Assembly (NCBI GenBank): GCA_039798445.1
Contig: JBDKFZ010000005.1
Span: forward strand, 1-49,496
Direction of reading: 5' to 3'
DNA: 49,496 bases
From: Candidatus Parcubacteria bacterium
GTDB taxonomy: Bacteria > Patescibacteriota > Minisyncoccia > Phycocordibacterales > EsbW-18
Under the pieces are notes generated by a model that was given only the letters and a program-made list of their open reading frames with translations, ran no database searches and had not been told where the DNA came from. The position numbers and the translations under genes were made by a program. Below, piece by piece: positions 25,691 through 34,223 of this stretch (positions are counted from its first letter, which is position 1; every line of letters begins with the position of its first letter).

Positions 25691-27367
25691 TTACTTCTGG
25701 GCGAGAGCCGAGAGGGTAGGCCGTAGGTTGGTCGGTAACTCGACGAAGAATGTCGATCCGGTGCCTCGTCCTGCTGATTCGGCCCAGATTTTGCCCTGGT
25801 GAGCATCGACGATTTGCTTGGCGATGAAGAGACCATACCCGGTCGAGTGAGGGTTCACCGCGCGGGATTCCTTACCGTGACCACCCTCGGTGAAGAGAAC
25901 CTTCTTGTCGTCTTCCGTGAGACCGACGCCGCTGTCTTTGACTGAGAAGCGGAGCACCGTGCCATTTCGTTCAAGATGCACTGCTACGTCGCCGGTAGGG
26001 GTGTAGTTGATGGCGTTGTTCACGAGGTTCACAATCACGTGGTTGAGAATCTGATCACCATCACCGACCATTGTGTAGTCTGCCGGAGCGATATCGAGAG
26101 TGAAGCTGAGTCCCTTTGCTTTTGCATTCTCGATAGGTGTAACGAGCGTTTCATCGAGCATCTTCTTAAAGTCGAACTGCTTCATAGCGTACGCCACTTT
26201 ACCCGTCTTGAAGTCCGCGATGCGGAGGAAGTTCTGGATTTCACGAACAGCTGCGCGGTTTTTGACAAGCGCTTCAGACGTCATGGTGCTCATATCGGGC
26301 GTCATCGGTCCAAATGCACCCGTTCTGAGTGCGTCGAGCGCAGCGGCACCGTCGGTGAGGTAACCCTTAACTTCATGTGTGATGAAGCGCATGGTCTCTT
26401 GCTGTCGCTTGTTCGCAAGCTCGAGCTTTTCACGGAGACTGATTTCATATTTCACGCTTCGAACCAAGAGGAATCCAAACCCAAGAGATAAGGCCAGCGT
26501 GAAAACATTGAGCACCTTACTGACGGGATTTCTTATAAAAAAGAATTGAAAACCTATGAGAAGGAATAGAGATACCACTAAGGCCTGTGTGGCAATTAAT
26601 TTAACATTGAATGCTTTATACCGGACGATGATATACGCAAGGAAACCAACAAACACAGTCATACCAAAGTATCCGTATTGCTCAAGCGTGAATGTATCAG
26701 GGGCACCACCGAGTAGATTTACAATACTTGCATAATAGGCCGTGCCAGCAAAGGCAAAGAGAAAAAATGAAATCCCCAGAGTCGCAAATATCGTCCTCTT
26801 TCTTTTTGTTGGGTCAGTAATTTTAGGAATGGTTATAAAAGCAAACGAGATGATTGCGAAGAAAATCAAAAGTGAAAAACCAAAAATCAGATTGAGTACT
26901 AGGGTTCCTTCTGATGCGCTACAGTTATAAGTATCAAAGAACTCCAAATTTAAGTTTGTTGATGAGAGTATAAGAACCCCAATAAGTGATAGTGCGGAAA
27001 TAGCTTTCGTGAAAAACGGCACGTCCACCTCTTTTATATAGACATAAAGGAAATAGGCCGCTAGGAAAAATACCGCTATGAACAAGAAGATCCAAAATGA
27101 CCAAAGGAACATCAACCAACTGCTATCTATAAGTATCCATAAGAAGATATCCAATATTGCGAGGATGGAAAAGACTGACGAAAGTGCTAGCAATATCCGA
27201 GAGGGGAGGAAACTCTTGTTTTTTATGAAAACAAAGAAACTGAGGAAAAGTGAGACAATGATGGCCGTAAGGTGGGAGTAGTAGACCAAGACAGGGACAC
27301 CTGTCGAAAATATGCCGAATCGCAGAGAGTTGACTATTAAAAGAGATAGTTCATCGGTACAAAACAT
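25691..27367 (-). CDS. Membrane-bound sensor histidine kinase (multi-TM N-terminal sensor)
   Basis: H-box ITHEVK, N-box NLVNNAINYT, DSGVG, GYGLFIAK, GTGSTF; about 9 TM segments. Confidence 0.93.
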   Translation of the reverse strand: MFCTDELSLLIVNSLRFGIFSTGVPVLVYYSHLTAIIVSLFLSFFVFIKNKSFLPSRILLALSSVFSILAILDIFLWILIDSSWLMFLWSFWIFLFIAVFFLAAYFLYVYIKEVDVPFFTKAISALSLIGVLILSSTNLNLEFFDTYNCSASEGTLVLNLIFGFSLLIFFAIISFAFITIPKITDPTKRKRTIFATLGISFFLFAFAGTAYYASIVNLLGGAPDTFTLEQYGYFGMTVFVGFLAYIIVRYKAFNVKLIATQALVVSLFLLIGFQFFFIRNPVSKVLNVFTLALSLGFGFLLVRSVKYEISLREKLELANKRQQETMRFITHEVKGYLTDGAAALDALRTGAFGPMTPDMSTMTSEALVKNRAAVREIQNFLRIADFKTGKVAYAMKQFDFKKMLDETLVTPIENAKAKGLSFTLDIAPADYTMVGDGDQILNHVIVNLVNNAINYTPTGDVAVHLERNGTVLRFSVKDSGVGLTEDDKKVLFTEGGHGKESRAVNPHSTGYGLFIAKQIVDAHQGKIWAESAGRGTGSTFFVELPTNLRPTLSALAQK

Positions 27368-27376
27368 GTGGATGTC

Positions 27377-27916
27377 CTAGTGATTATTGTGTGAGCTGTC
27401 TATGAGGTCTTGCACGTATCTTGAAAAAAAACCGGCGTATCTTTTTTGAAGTTCGGGAAGTTTCCAGTCTTTTCCAATAATAACCGTCTTGCGACATTTA
27501 TCAGATCCACACAAGCATGTTAGGTTCTCCCAGTCCTCGTCCTCAGGTTGTACGTCGCTCATCGCATAATCAAAGGTGATTTCTTCACCCACAGCTATGT
27601 CTCGCATACTTACCATAGTGATTTGCCCTTTGAAACCACACGTGGGGTCGCAAGAGTGATTTACAGAGAAGATGCCGTCCTGTGCCTCCTTTGATGTGTT
27701 AAGAGGACATATATAAACATCTTGCTCTACTTGAAAAGCGTGGTACCAGAATGGTTCAAACTCTTTGGTGTCAAAATGTGTTTTGTGGATCATTCGACCA
27801 CCTTGAACGATAAGGATTTCACCCGCAGATATCTTTTCGGTTGCAAAAGTTCCGAGTCCAATCTTTCCTTCCTTTACACAAATTTTGTTACTTACCCAAG
27901 AGCCAAGCATTACCAA
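27377..27916 (-). CDS. SET-domain protein (lysine methyltransferase fold) with post-SET cysteines
   Basis: GLGTFA, NHSCDP, RDIxxGEEITFDY, CLCGSDKCR. Confidence 0.92.
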   Translation of the reverse strand: MVMLGSWVSNKICVKEGKIGLGTFATEKISAGEILIVQGGRMIHKTHFDTKEFEPFWYHAFQVEQDVYICPLNTSKEAQDGIFSVNHSCDPTCGFKGQITMVSMRDIAVGEEITFDYAMSDVQPEDEDWENLTCLCGSDKCRKTVIIGKDWKLPELQKRYAGFFSRYVQDLIDSSHNNH

Positions 27917-27975
27917 ATTTTACCACAGAATATAGTGGAAAACAGAAAAGGGGGGCGACGATGTGCCGCTCCCCC

Positions 27976-28488
27976 TTAAAAAAATTCTACGAACCGACTG
28001 GCCCAAGCGTAGCCCTCGTGTGCCGACCAGTAAATGGCGGTCCAGACGATCATTGCTACAAGTGTGGACGGAAGGGTGATTCTGTAACCGTTTTCCCAGA
28101 ATGTCGCCCCCTTATCTCGGAGAAACAGGGTGACATAATCGGGATCAAGGTAGAACCAGCTTCCAATCCAGAAGATTGCCACTCGGCGACGAAGCACCCA
28201 ACGACGGAATCCTCCCTTTTCCTCTGCGTCCTTGCGCATCTCGTCGATGCCGGTCATGTCCTTCCCGCGCTTTGCAAGCAGATCGTTCGTAAAAACTACG
28301 AGCGAACAGAGAGCAAAGTTGAGAGGGGTGCAGATGAGAAAGGCCTTCAGAACTCCGTAATGCGGATCGGTCCAGATGAAGAAAATCATCAGTCCATCGA
28401 TGAGTCTCGTCGGAACAGTCAGTGCTCGTTCGATCAGGAGGTATTTCCCCCCGACCTTAAACCAGGAAAACCAGGTTTTCCAGCTCAT
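27976..28488 (-). CDS. Membrane hypothetical protein
   Basis: AGAGGAG SD before ATG 28488; TTGACA-18-TATAAT upstream; terminator hairpin at about 27946-27980. Confidence 0.7.
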   Translation of the reverse strand: MSWKTWFSWFKVGGKYLLIERALTVPTRLIDGLMIFFIWTDPHYGVLKAFLICTPLNFALCSLVVFTNDLLAKRGKDMTGIDEMRKDAEEKGGFRRWVLRRRVAIFWIGSWFYLDPDYVTLFLRDKGATFWENGYRITLPSTLVAMIVWTAIYWSAHEGYAWASRFVEFF

Positions 28489-28624
28489 GGGGGCATCTCC
28501 TCTGTGGCGCCTGTTGGAATGTGCGTGGTTGGATCCTATATCCAACCTCCTCTTGTATTATAGCACAACAAAAAGCCTTTTGTCAAGGTAGCAACTATGG
28601 CTTGTTTTAAGACTTAAACGTCAA

Positions 28625-29719
28625 CTAGGCTTTCTTTTGGGCGTAGATAAAGGCGTTCTTCTCGCTGTAGCTAGGGATGAGGACGTCTTTTCTCTTGAAA
28701 TTGCCGAACTCTTCTCGCATGACCTCCTCCATTATTTTTGCTGAATTGAGGTATTTAGGCGTGACTTTTGCTGCTCCTGCCTGTGCACTGAACCAACCAC
28801 CACGCTTGAGGACACGGTTTGAGTATGAGAAAACCTTTTTGTAGAAATCGGCAACGCCCTTTGCGGCTTTCTTGCTTCCGATGGGGTTATCGGTCAGGTC
28901 GCTCGCAACACAATCGAAGAGCCCGTTTTTTTCGGTGTCGTATGTCTTAACAAAGTGAAGCGCGTCACCGATGATGAGATGAACGTTCGGGTGAGAGAAG
29001 ATTTTCTGGTCGAGATATTTTTTTGAGAAGTGCACGACCTCTTGGTCGAGATCAACAACGGTGATTTTGATATTTGGATTTATCTTGAGTGCTGTTTCAG
29101 CAACATATCCATCTCCACCACCTAAAATAAGGAGGTTTTTTGTCTCGGGCGTGATCTTGTCGAGAATCGCTTTGTCGTATGTTTCATGGTCGAGTTCTGA
29201 GGTTTGAACAAGTCCGTCGATGACCATACATCGCCCGTACTTTTCGGTATTGATGATGACAATCTTCTGGAATCCCGAGTCTACCTCGGCGAACTTTTCC
29301 GTCACCTTGATTCGTTCTATCTTTCCGTTCGCGTAAATAGGGGATTCGAGATACTCCATGACCACATATCCGCGTCGTATCTTGTGGAGCTCGGTTCGTT
29401 TATGGCGAACGGCTTTTTTGAGGTACTCAACCGCTTTGAATGTTTCTTCATCGTGGCTGCAGCTGAAGATATCGCACGCCACATAGTTATATTCGGGCCA
29501 TGTATGGAACGATATGTGAGAAGAGGATAGAAGGAGGAACCCAGTGATTCCTTGCGGATCGAACTGGTGAAAATAGCTATGGAGAATTTCCATATCGGCA
29601 GCGGCAGCGGCCTGCGGAAGAGATTTCTGCCAGAAATCCAAAGAATCAAGCTGGTGTGGATCGCAACCGAAGAAGTCGACCGTATAATGCACACCCTTTG
29701 GTTTCAATTGTTTTTTCAT
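28625..29719 (-). CDS. speD-speE: Fused S-adenosylmethionine decarboxylase (SpeD-like) and spermidine synthase/aminopropyltransferase (SpeE-like)
   Basis: HQFDPQGITG..LSSSHISFHTWPE..DIFSC then SGFQKI, IDGLVQ, LILGGGDG, VDLD, GDA. Confidence 0.9.
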   Translation of the reverse strand: MKKQLKPKGVHYTVDFFGCDPHQLDSLDFWQKSLPQAAAAADMEILHSYFHQFDPQGITGFLLLSSSHISFHTWPEYNYVACDIFSCSHDEETFKAVEYLKKAVRHKRTELHKIRRGYVVMEYLESPIYANGKIERIKVTEKFAEVDSGFQKIVIINTEKYGRCMVIDGLVQTSELDHETYDKAILDKITPETKNLLILGGGDGYVAETALKINPNIKITVVDLDQEVVHFSKKYLDQKIFSHPNVHLIIGDALHFVKTYDTEKNGLFDCVASDLTDNPIGSKKAAKGVADFYKKVFSYSNRVLKRGGWFSAQAGAAKVTPKYLNSAKIMEEVMREEFGNFKRKDVLIPSYSEKNAFIYAQKKA

Positions 29720-29726
29720 ACCGTTT

Positions 29727-30176
29727 CTATTGCTCGATTTCGGAAGAGGTTGCTGATTCCTCCGACTCTTGCGCATCGGGACTCTCCTCGGGTTCGATGG
29801 GGTTTACGATTGTTTCTGCGCATATCTCGCCCTCGTCGATGGTTTCCGAAGAACAATACGTTGTTGTACAGCCAACTTCGTTTTCATCACACGAAAGTTC
29901 CGGGCACTCTTCCGAAGGTCCACACTCCTCAATATTCTTTGCTGGTTTTAATACCTTCTTGTACGGAGTGAGATCGCACTCAGGGTCATCTTCGGGCGAA
30001 CAGTCAGCGACAAAACACGATTCGTTTTGTGGGTCGCAGGTGACGTACGCGAATATGTCGAAATTTCTGTCGATGACGAACTCTTTGTACTTGTAGGCTC
30101 CGACGGCAAGAATTGCCAAAACGACAAAGAGGAAGAGATAACGGGAGGCCTTATCCATATCACGGTAAGTATACAT
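29727..30176 (-). CDS. Single-TM, Cys-rich acidic exported protein
   Basis: N-terminal TM, then TCDPQNESCF and 10 Cys in an Asp/Glu-rich domain; stop 7 nt before speD-speE start. Confidence 0.8.
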   Translation of the reverse strand: MYTYRDMDKASRYLFLFVVLAILAVGAYKYKEFVIDRNFDIFAYVTCDPQNESCFVADCSPEDDPECDLTPYKKVLKPAKNIEECGPSEECPELSCDENEVGCTTTYCSSETIDEGEICAETIVNPIEPEESPDAQESEESATSSEIEQ

Positions 30177-30266
30177 TCAAGCATCAAAATGAAAATACCT
30201 TTGGGGGTTTCATAAAAGAGAGAGGGGCAGTCTGGCGACTGCCCCTCGGGGGTGGGAGGTTTTCGG

Positions 30267-30641
30267 TCAAGAGACGACCGGAACCACGATGAGCATCCGG
30301 ACGCGCACTGGGGTGATGTGCCCGCGCGCCCAGGTTTTCATGGCGGGTTTGAATCGCCACTCCTGAACCGCCTTCTCCGCGGCACCGATGAGCGCCGGGT
30401 CGAGACCGCGCTTGATGGGTCCGTACGAAATGACGAGGCCGTCCTTCTCGATGACGACCCGCAGAATGACCTTCTTCTGCGGTGGCACACCGGCAGGCAG
30501 CTTGGCCGGAACGCTGGTGACCAGCTCGGGGAAAGTGATTCCCGAGGCGTCGGTCAGGTTGAAGGTCTTCTTTCCTCTCGCTTCGGCGCCCAGAGGCAGG
30601 AAGAGGGAAAGCACGATGAGAACGAGAATCGACTTTTTCAT
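30267..30641 (-). CDS. Secreted TonB C-terminal-domain-like protein
   Basis: Signal peptide (AEA); VILRVVIEKDG..V...AAEKAVQEWRFKPA; AGGAGG SD. Confidence 0.75.
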   Translation of the reverse strand: MKKSILVLIVLSLFLPLGAEARGKKTFNLTDASGITFPELVTSVPAKLPAGVPPQKKVILRVVIEKDGLVISYGPIKRGLDPALIGAAEKAVQEWRFKPAMKTWARGHITPVRVRMLIVVPVVS

Positions 30642-30840
30642 GGCGAGCCTCCTGGCTGCAGAAAAGTTTTGGCGCTCAGAGTGAACACCTACGAATAATA
30701 TAACACCATATAAGACTGTCTGTCAAGTGTTTTCACGATGAACACAAGGGTTGTTCGACTTACCCACAGCAAAAACTTGCCAAGGTGTGAGAGGTGCTTG
30801 GTATACTCATGACTCCGTTCTTTTAAAAAATCAAAAACTC

Positions 30841-31275
30841 ATGCGTTTTATAAATAAAAAAGTTAATGTCTTGCTCGTTGACGACGATAGTTTCCTCGTA
30901 ATGCTCTACAAGAAAAACGCAGAGAGCTATCTCGTGGATCTCAACACTGCACTCAGTGGGGAAGAGGCACTTGAGCTTATTCGTACAGGACTCGAGCCGC
31001 ATGCCATTCTTTTGGATATCAATATGCCCGGCATGAGTGGGGTGGATGTGCTCCGAACAATACGTAGCGAGAGGCTCGTGCCCTCGACGGACATCATTAT
31101 CATTTCGAATGCCTTTGAGGAGGAATATGCGCATGACTTCAAAGAGTTTGGTATAGAGGATTTCATCCCAAAAACACATCTTTCCCCCTCACGAATTCTT
31201 GATCGGGTGGTGAGCCGTTATGTGACACCGTCGCATGTGGGGGAGAGTTTTATGAACTCCACAAGGGTTTTCTAG
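30841..31275 (+). CDS. Stand-alone response regulator receiver (CheY-like) 1
   Basis: LLVDDD, LDINMPGMSG, IISN, IPK. Confidence 0.9.
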   Translation: MRFINKKVNVLLVDDDSFLVMLYKKNAESYLVDLNTALSGEEALELIRTGLEPHAILLDINMPGMSGVDVLRTIRSERLVPSTDIIIISNAFEEEYAHDFKEFGIEDFIPKTHLSPSRILDRVVSRYVTPSHVGESFMNSTRVF

Positions 31276-31348
31276 AGGATTTCTCGTGCTATCCTTAAAG
31301 CCTAGATATAGGCTCCTTGGTTTTTCCTCATTATCTAAGCTTACTCAT

Positions 31349-31768
31349 ATGGACACACAAGCACCTGCACAAAAGAAGAAAGTCCTCCTCATCGATGACG
31401 ACCAATTTCTCGTCTCGCTTTATAAGAAGAACGCAGAGCAATATCCGATTGAACTGACGACAGCAATCTCTGGTGAAGAAGCGCTCGTTATTCTTCGTGG
31501 TGGATATGTTCCCGACAATATCTTGCTCGACATCAACATGCCCGGCATGAGTGGGGTTGAGGTGCTTAAAGCCGTTCGCGATGAGAAGCTTGCGCCAAAC
31601 GCAGACATGACGATTCTTTCGAACATCCACCAAGCAGAGCACGAAGAAGAATTCCGCAAGCTCGGCATCCAGCGCTTTCTTCCAAAGTCATTCCTCCTCC
31701 CATCACAGGTGCTCGGGTATGTAGTCAACGGCTTCGGTACAGACTGGGCAGAGACAAACCCTGCCTAA
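31349..31768 (+). CDS. Stand-alone response regulator receiver (CheY-like) 2
   Basis: LLIDDD, LDINMPGMSG, ILSN, LPK. Confidence 0.92.
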   Translation: MDTQAPAQKKKVLLIDDDQFLVSLYKKNAEQYPIELTTAISGEEALVILRGGYVPDNILLDINMPGMSGVEVLKAVRDEKLAPNADMTILSNIHQAEHEEEFRKLGIQRFLPKSFLLPSQVLGYVVNGFGTDWAETNPA

Positions 31769-31786
31769 CGCTTTTCGTTCATACAT

Positions 31787-32173
31787 ATGGAAAACGAATC
31801 ACCAAAAACCAAGGCTCTTATCGTGGACGACGATACATTTCTCGTCTCGCTCTACAAGAAGATGGGGGAAGAGGCCGGCATGGACCTCCGCACCGCATCG
31901 AGTGGCGAAGAAGCACTCGCACTTCTCATTGATTTCGTTCCGGACATCATTGCGCTCGATATGAGCATGGCGGGTCTCAGCGGACTCGATACACTCAAAG
32001 AAATCCGCGCAAAGAACCTTGCACCAAATGCAAAGGTCATCATCCTTTCAAATACAAACGAAGATGATGCCGTTGTCGAAGCCAAAGGTCTTGGTGTTGA
32101 GCACTTTATCGTCAAAGCATCGCTTCTTCCATCTCAAGTGATGGAAGAGCTCGCGAAGATTGCGAAGGCGTAA
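31787..32173 (+). CDS. Stand-alone response regulator receiver (CheY-like) 3
   Basis: LIVDDD, LDMSMAGLSG, ILSN, IVK. Confidence 0.92.
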   Translation: MENESPKTKALIVDDDTFLVSLYKKMGEEAGMDLRTASSGEEALALLIDFVPDIIALDMSMAGLSGLDTLKEIRAKNLAPNAKVIILSNTNEDDAVVEAKGLGVEHFIVKASLLPSQVMEELAKIAKA

Positions 32174-32186
32174 ACGACTATTCTGA

Positions 32187-32217
32187 AATACGAAAGCCGC
32201 CCCGAAGGGCGGCTTTC
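32187..32217. repeat. 31-nt direct repeat copy 1 (terminator hairpin)
   Basis: AATACGAAAGCCGCCCCGAAGGGCGGCTTTC, identical to 34184-34214. Confidence 0.9.
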
Positions 32218-32390
32218 GATTTGATTTTTTGGTTGTATTGACACTACGGACGATGCTTGTAGTATGGAATCAGGTTGTTCTATTTGGGCCTGTATTCCAA
32301 ATTCTCGCAAGGAAATGAGGATGGCTCTCGATTCCTGCGTGCCCCCTATAGCTTCGCATCAAGCGGTTCAAGGTTTTCAAGGAGCCGGAC

Positions 32391-32759
32391 ATGTTGAACA
32401 ACGTAGCAGTGGCATCGGCAGAGCTTTCCCGGTTTTTTCAGGTTGCGCATCAGTTTCAAGCGGAGGGGCTTTCTGCCCCGATGCCCGCTGGCTTCATGGA
32501 CGAGCACTGGCACGGCCTGCTCAAGGACGAGAAGACCTACACGGCGTTCTGCGTGGACGTCGTCGGAGTTCCGGTGAAGCACGTTTCCCTCAAGGGCGAG
32601 GGTAGGCTTCCCTGGGTCGCCGCCTACGAAGCTCGCTTCGGCAAGCTGGATCCGGTCTGGTTCACCGACTCTTCCGGCAAGCTGGATCACGAGGCGTACC
32701 AGCGGTATCTGGATTCGGGCGAGGTCATCGCCTCGTGGGACTGCGAGCCGTTGGAGTAG
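32391..32759 (+). CDS. Hypothetical protein with D-x2-W-H...Y-x2-F-C...G...H motif (glycine-rich-domain/GRDP-like core)
   Basis: MDEHWHGLL...YTAFC...VGVPVKH; AAGGAG SD; TTGACA promoter at about 32238. Confidence 0.75.
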   Translation: MLNNVAVASAELSRFFQVAHQFQAEGLSAPMPAGFMDEHWHGLLKDEKTYTAFCVDVVGVPVKHVSLKGEGRLPWVAAYEARFGKLDPVWFTDSSGKLDHEAYQRYLDSGEVIASWDCEPLE

Positions 32760-32871
32760 ACGTTCTCTGGAGGGCTTAGGCCCACCGACCGCATAAAAAG
32801 GGAGGGCACGCGTTGTGCCCTCCTTTCTCTTAATCTTCTGAGCCCGAAAGGACTCACTGAAGGGGGTAAAC

Positions 32872-33564
32872 ATGTTTCGGACGACTTCGTCAGAGGGACT
32901 TCCAGGGCTCGGTACTTACTTGGGAGAGATTGCGGGAGGCTTCTGCCCTTTTCTAGGGCCCTCTGTGGAAGAAGGAGTAATCCTTTTTTCAAGGCATGAG
33001 CTGATTCCTGGCTCTCTCGAGCATCTCGAAGCACAGGTGTTTTACCTCGGACTCATTCACACGGAACTGTTCCGCAAGCATCGCAGGAAGCAGCAGACGG
33101 TGAAGGGGTGGACGCTTTCATGCGAGAACGTGATCTTTCACGATCCTACGCTCGTAGGAAAGGGAAGAGTGCTTCTCGACTGGCCACACTGGCTCTTGAA
33201 AGCGCTCTACACGAAAACTGGTGTGATGTTCGGCAAGTTCTGGGAAGGAGAAGAATCAACTTCCCGTGACGGTCGCCCCATCCCACCGCCACCGTGCGAT
33301 TTCCTTTCCATTCGCTCGAGTGTTAAGCCGCTCGATGGACGTTTCTTCTCGCTCGCACCGCAACTGACGGATGAGTACATCAACTCCGTCGACGCTGGGA
33401 ACGATGTCCTCGGTGAAGTCGAGATTCGAGGAGAAGCATTCTCGACACTCATGTCGGAGGAGTGGAGTGAGCCGACGGACAGCCAGTGTCGCGCCCTCTG
33501 CGACGCGATGATGGCAAGTGGCGTCTTCCAGAAGTTGAAGGCCGAAAAGTTCAGACGAGCGTGA
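32872..33564 (+). CDS. Hypothetical enzyme with CPF and GVMFGKF motifs (DUF6875/YqcI-YcgG-like, tentative)
   Basis: GFCPFL, WPHW, GVMFGKFW, PPPPCDFLSIR..D.RFF; family call from memory of motifs. Confidence 0.65.
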   Translation: MFRTTSSEGLPGLGTYLGEIAGGFCPFLGPSVEEGVILFSRHELIPGSLEHLEAQVFYLGLIHTELFRKHRRKQQTVKGWTLSCENVIFHDPTLVGKGRVLLDWPHWLLKALYTKTGVMFGKFWEGEESTSRDGRPIPPPPCDFLSIRSSVKPLDGRFFSLAPQLTDEYINSVDAGNDVLGEVEIRGEAFSTLMSEEWSEPTDSQCRALCDAMMASGVFQKLKAEKFRRA

Positions 33565-33641
33565 GGCGCTCTTTGTCGAAGCCCGCATCCTTTTTGGCAG
33601 AGGATGCGGGCTTTTCATATTATTTTTGATAGAGTAAAACC

Positions 33642-34175
33642 ATGCCCTCAAAACTCGCCCCTGTGATCCTATCCGAATACCAGCCGAGCTGGGCCGCTTT
33701 GTATGAAAAAGAGAAGGAAGCCATTCTTTTGGTGCTTACTCCGTGCATCCTTGAGATAGAGCACATCGGTAGTACGGCGATCTCGGGCGCACTGGCAAAG
33801 CCTGAGATCGACATCATGGTTCTCGTAAAAAGCTTTGGCGATGAATCTTCATTCATTCCTGCATTCGAGGCGCTCGGGTATGTCTATTTTAAACGATTCG
33901 AAGAGATGGTTCCTGAGCGACGTTACTTTCGAAAGAGCGACGGCATCGTACCACTTGTACATGTGCATGTTGTTGAGACGAAGGGAGAATTTTGGAACGA
34001 TCGAATCGACTTCAAGCGTTACATGCTTGAACATCCTGAGTCGGTATCGCTCTATAACGAAACCAAAAAACGATTAGCAGAAGAATTCAAAGAGAATCGA
34101 AAAGAATACAGCGCTCAGAAGGACATTATCGTTCAAGAGATTCTCAGGCTCGCACGAGAGGGAAGAGCGTCGTAG
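33642..34175 (+). CDS. GrpB family nucleotidyltransferase-fold protein
   Basis: YQPSW, IEHIGSTAI.G..AKP.IDI, HVHV, Y...K..LA, YSAQK. Confidence 0.9.
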   Translation: MPSKLAPVILSEYQPSWAALYEKEKEAILLVLTPCILEIEHIGSTAISGALAKPEIDIMVLVKSFGDESSFIPAFEALGYVYFKRFEEMVPERRYFRKSDGIVPLVHVHVVETKGEFWNDRIDFKRYMLEHPESVSLYNETKKRLAEEFKENRKEYSAQKDIIVQEILRLAREGRAS

Positions 34176-34183
34176 TTTTTGGG

Positions 34184-34214
34184 AATACGAAAGCCGCCCC
34201 GAAGGGCGGCTTTC
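34184..34214. terminator. Bidirectional terminator of tmRNA/GrpB; direct repeat copy 2
   Basis: GAAAGCCGCCC-CGAA-GGGCGGCTTTC, 9 nt beyond the tmRNA CCA end. Confidence 0.85.
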
Positions 34215-34223
34215 TGTTATTTA

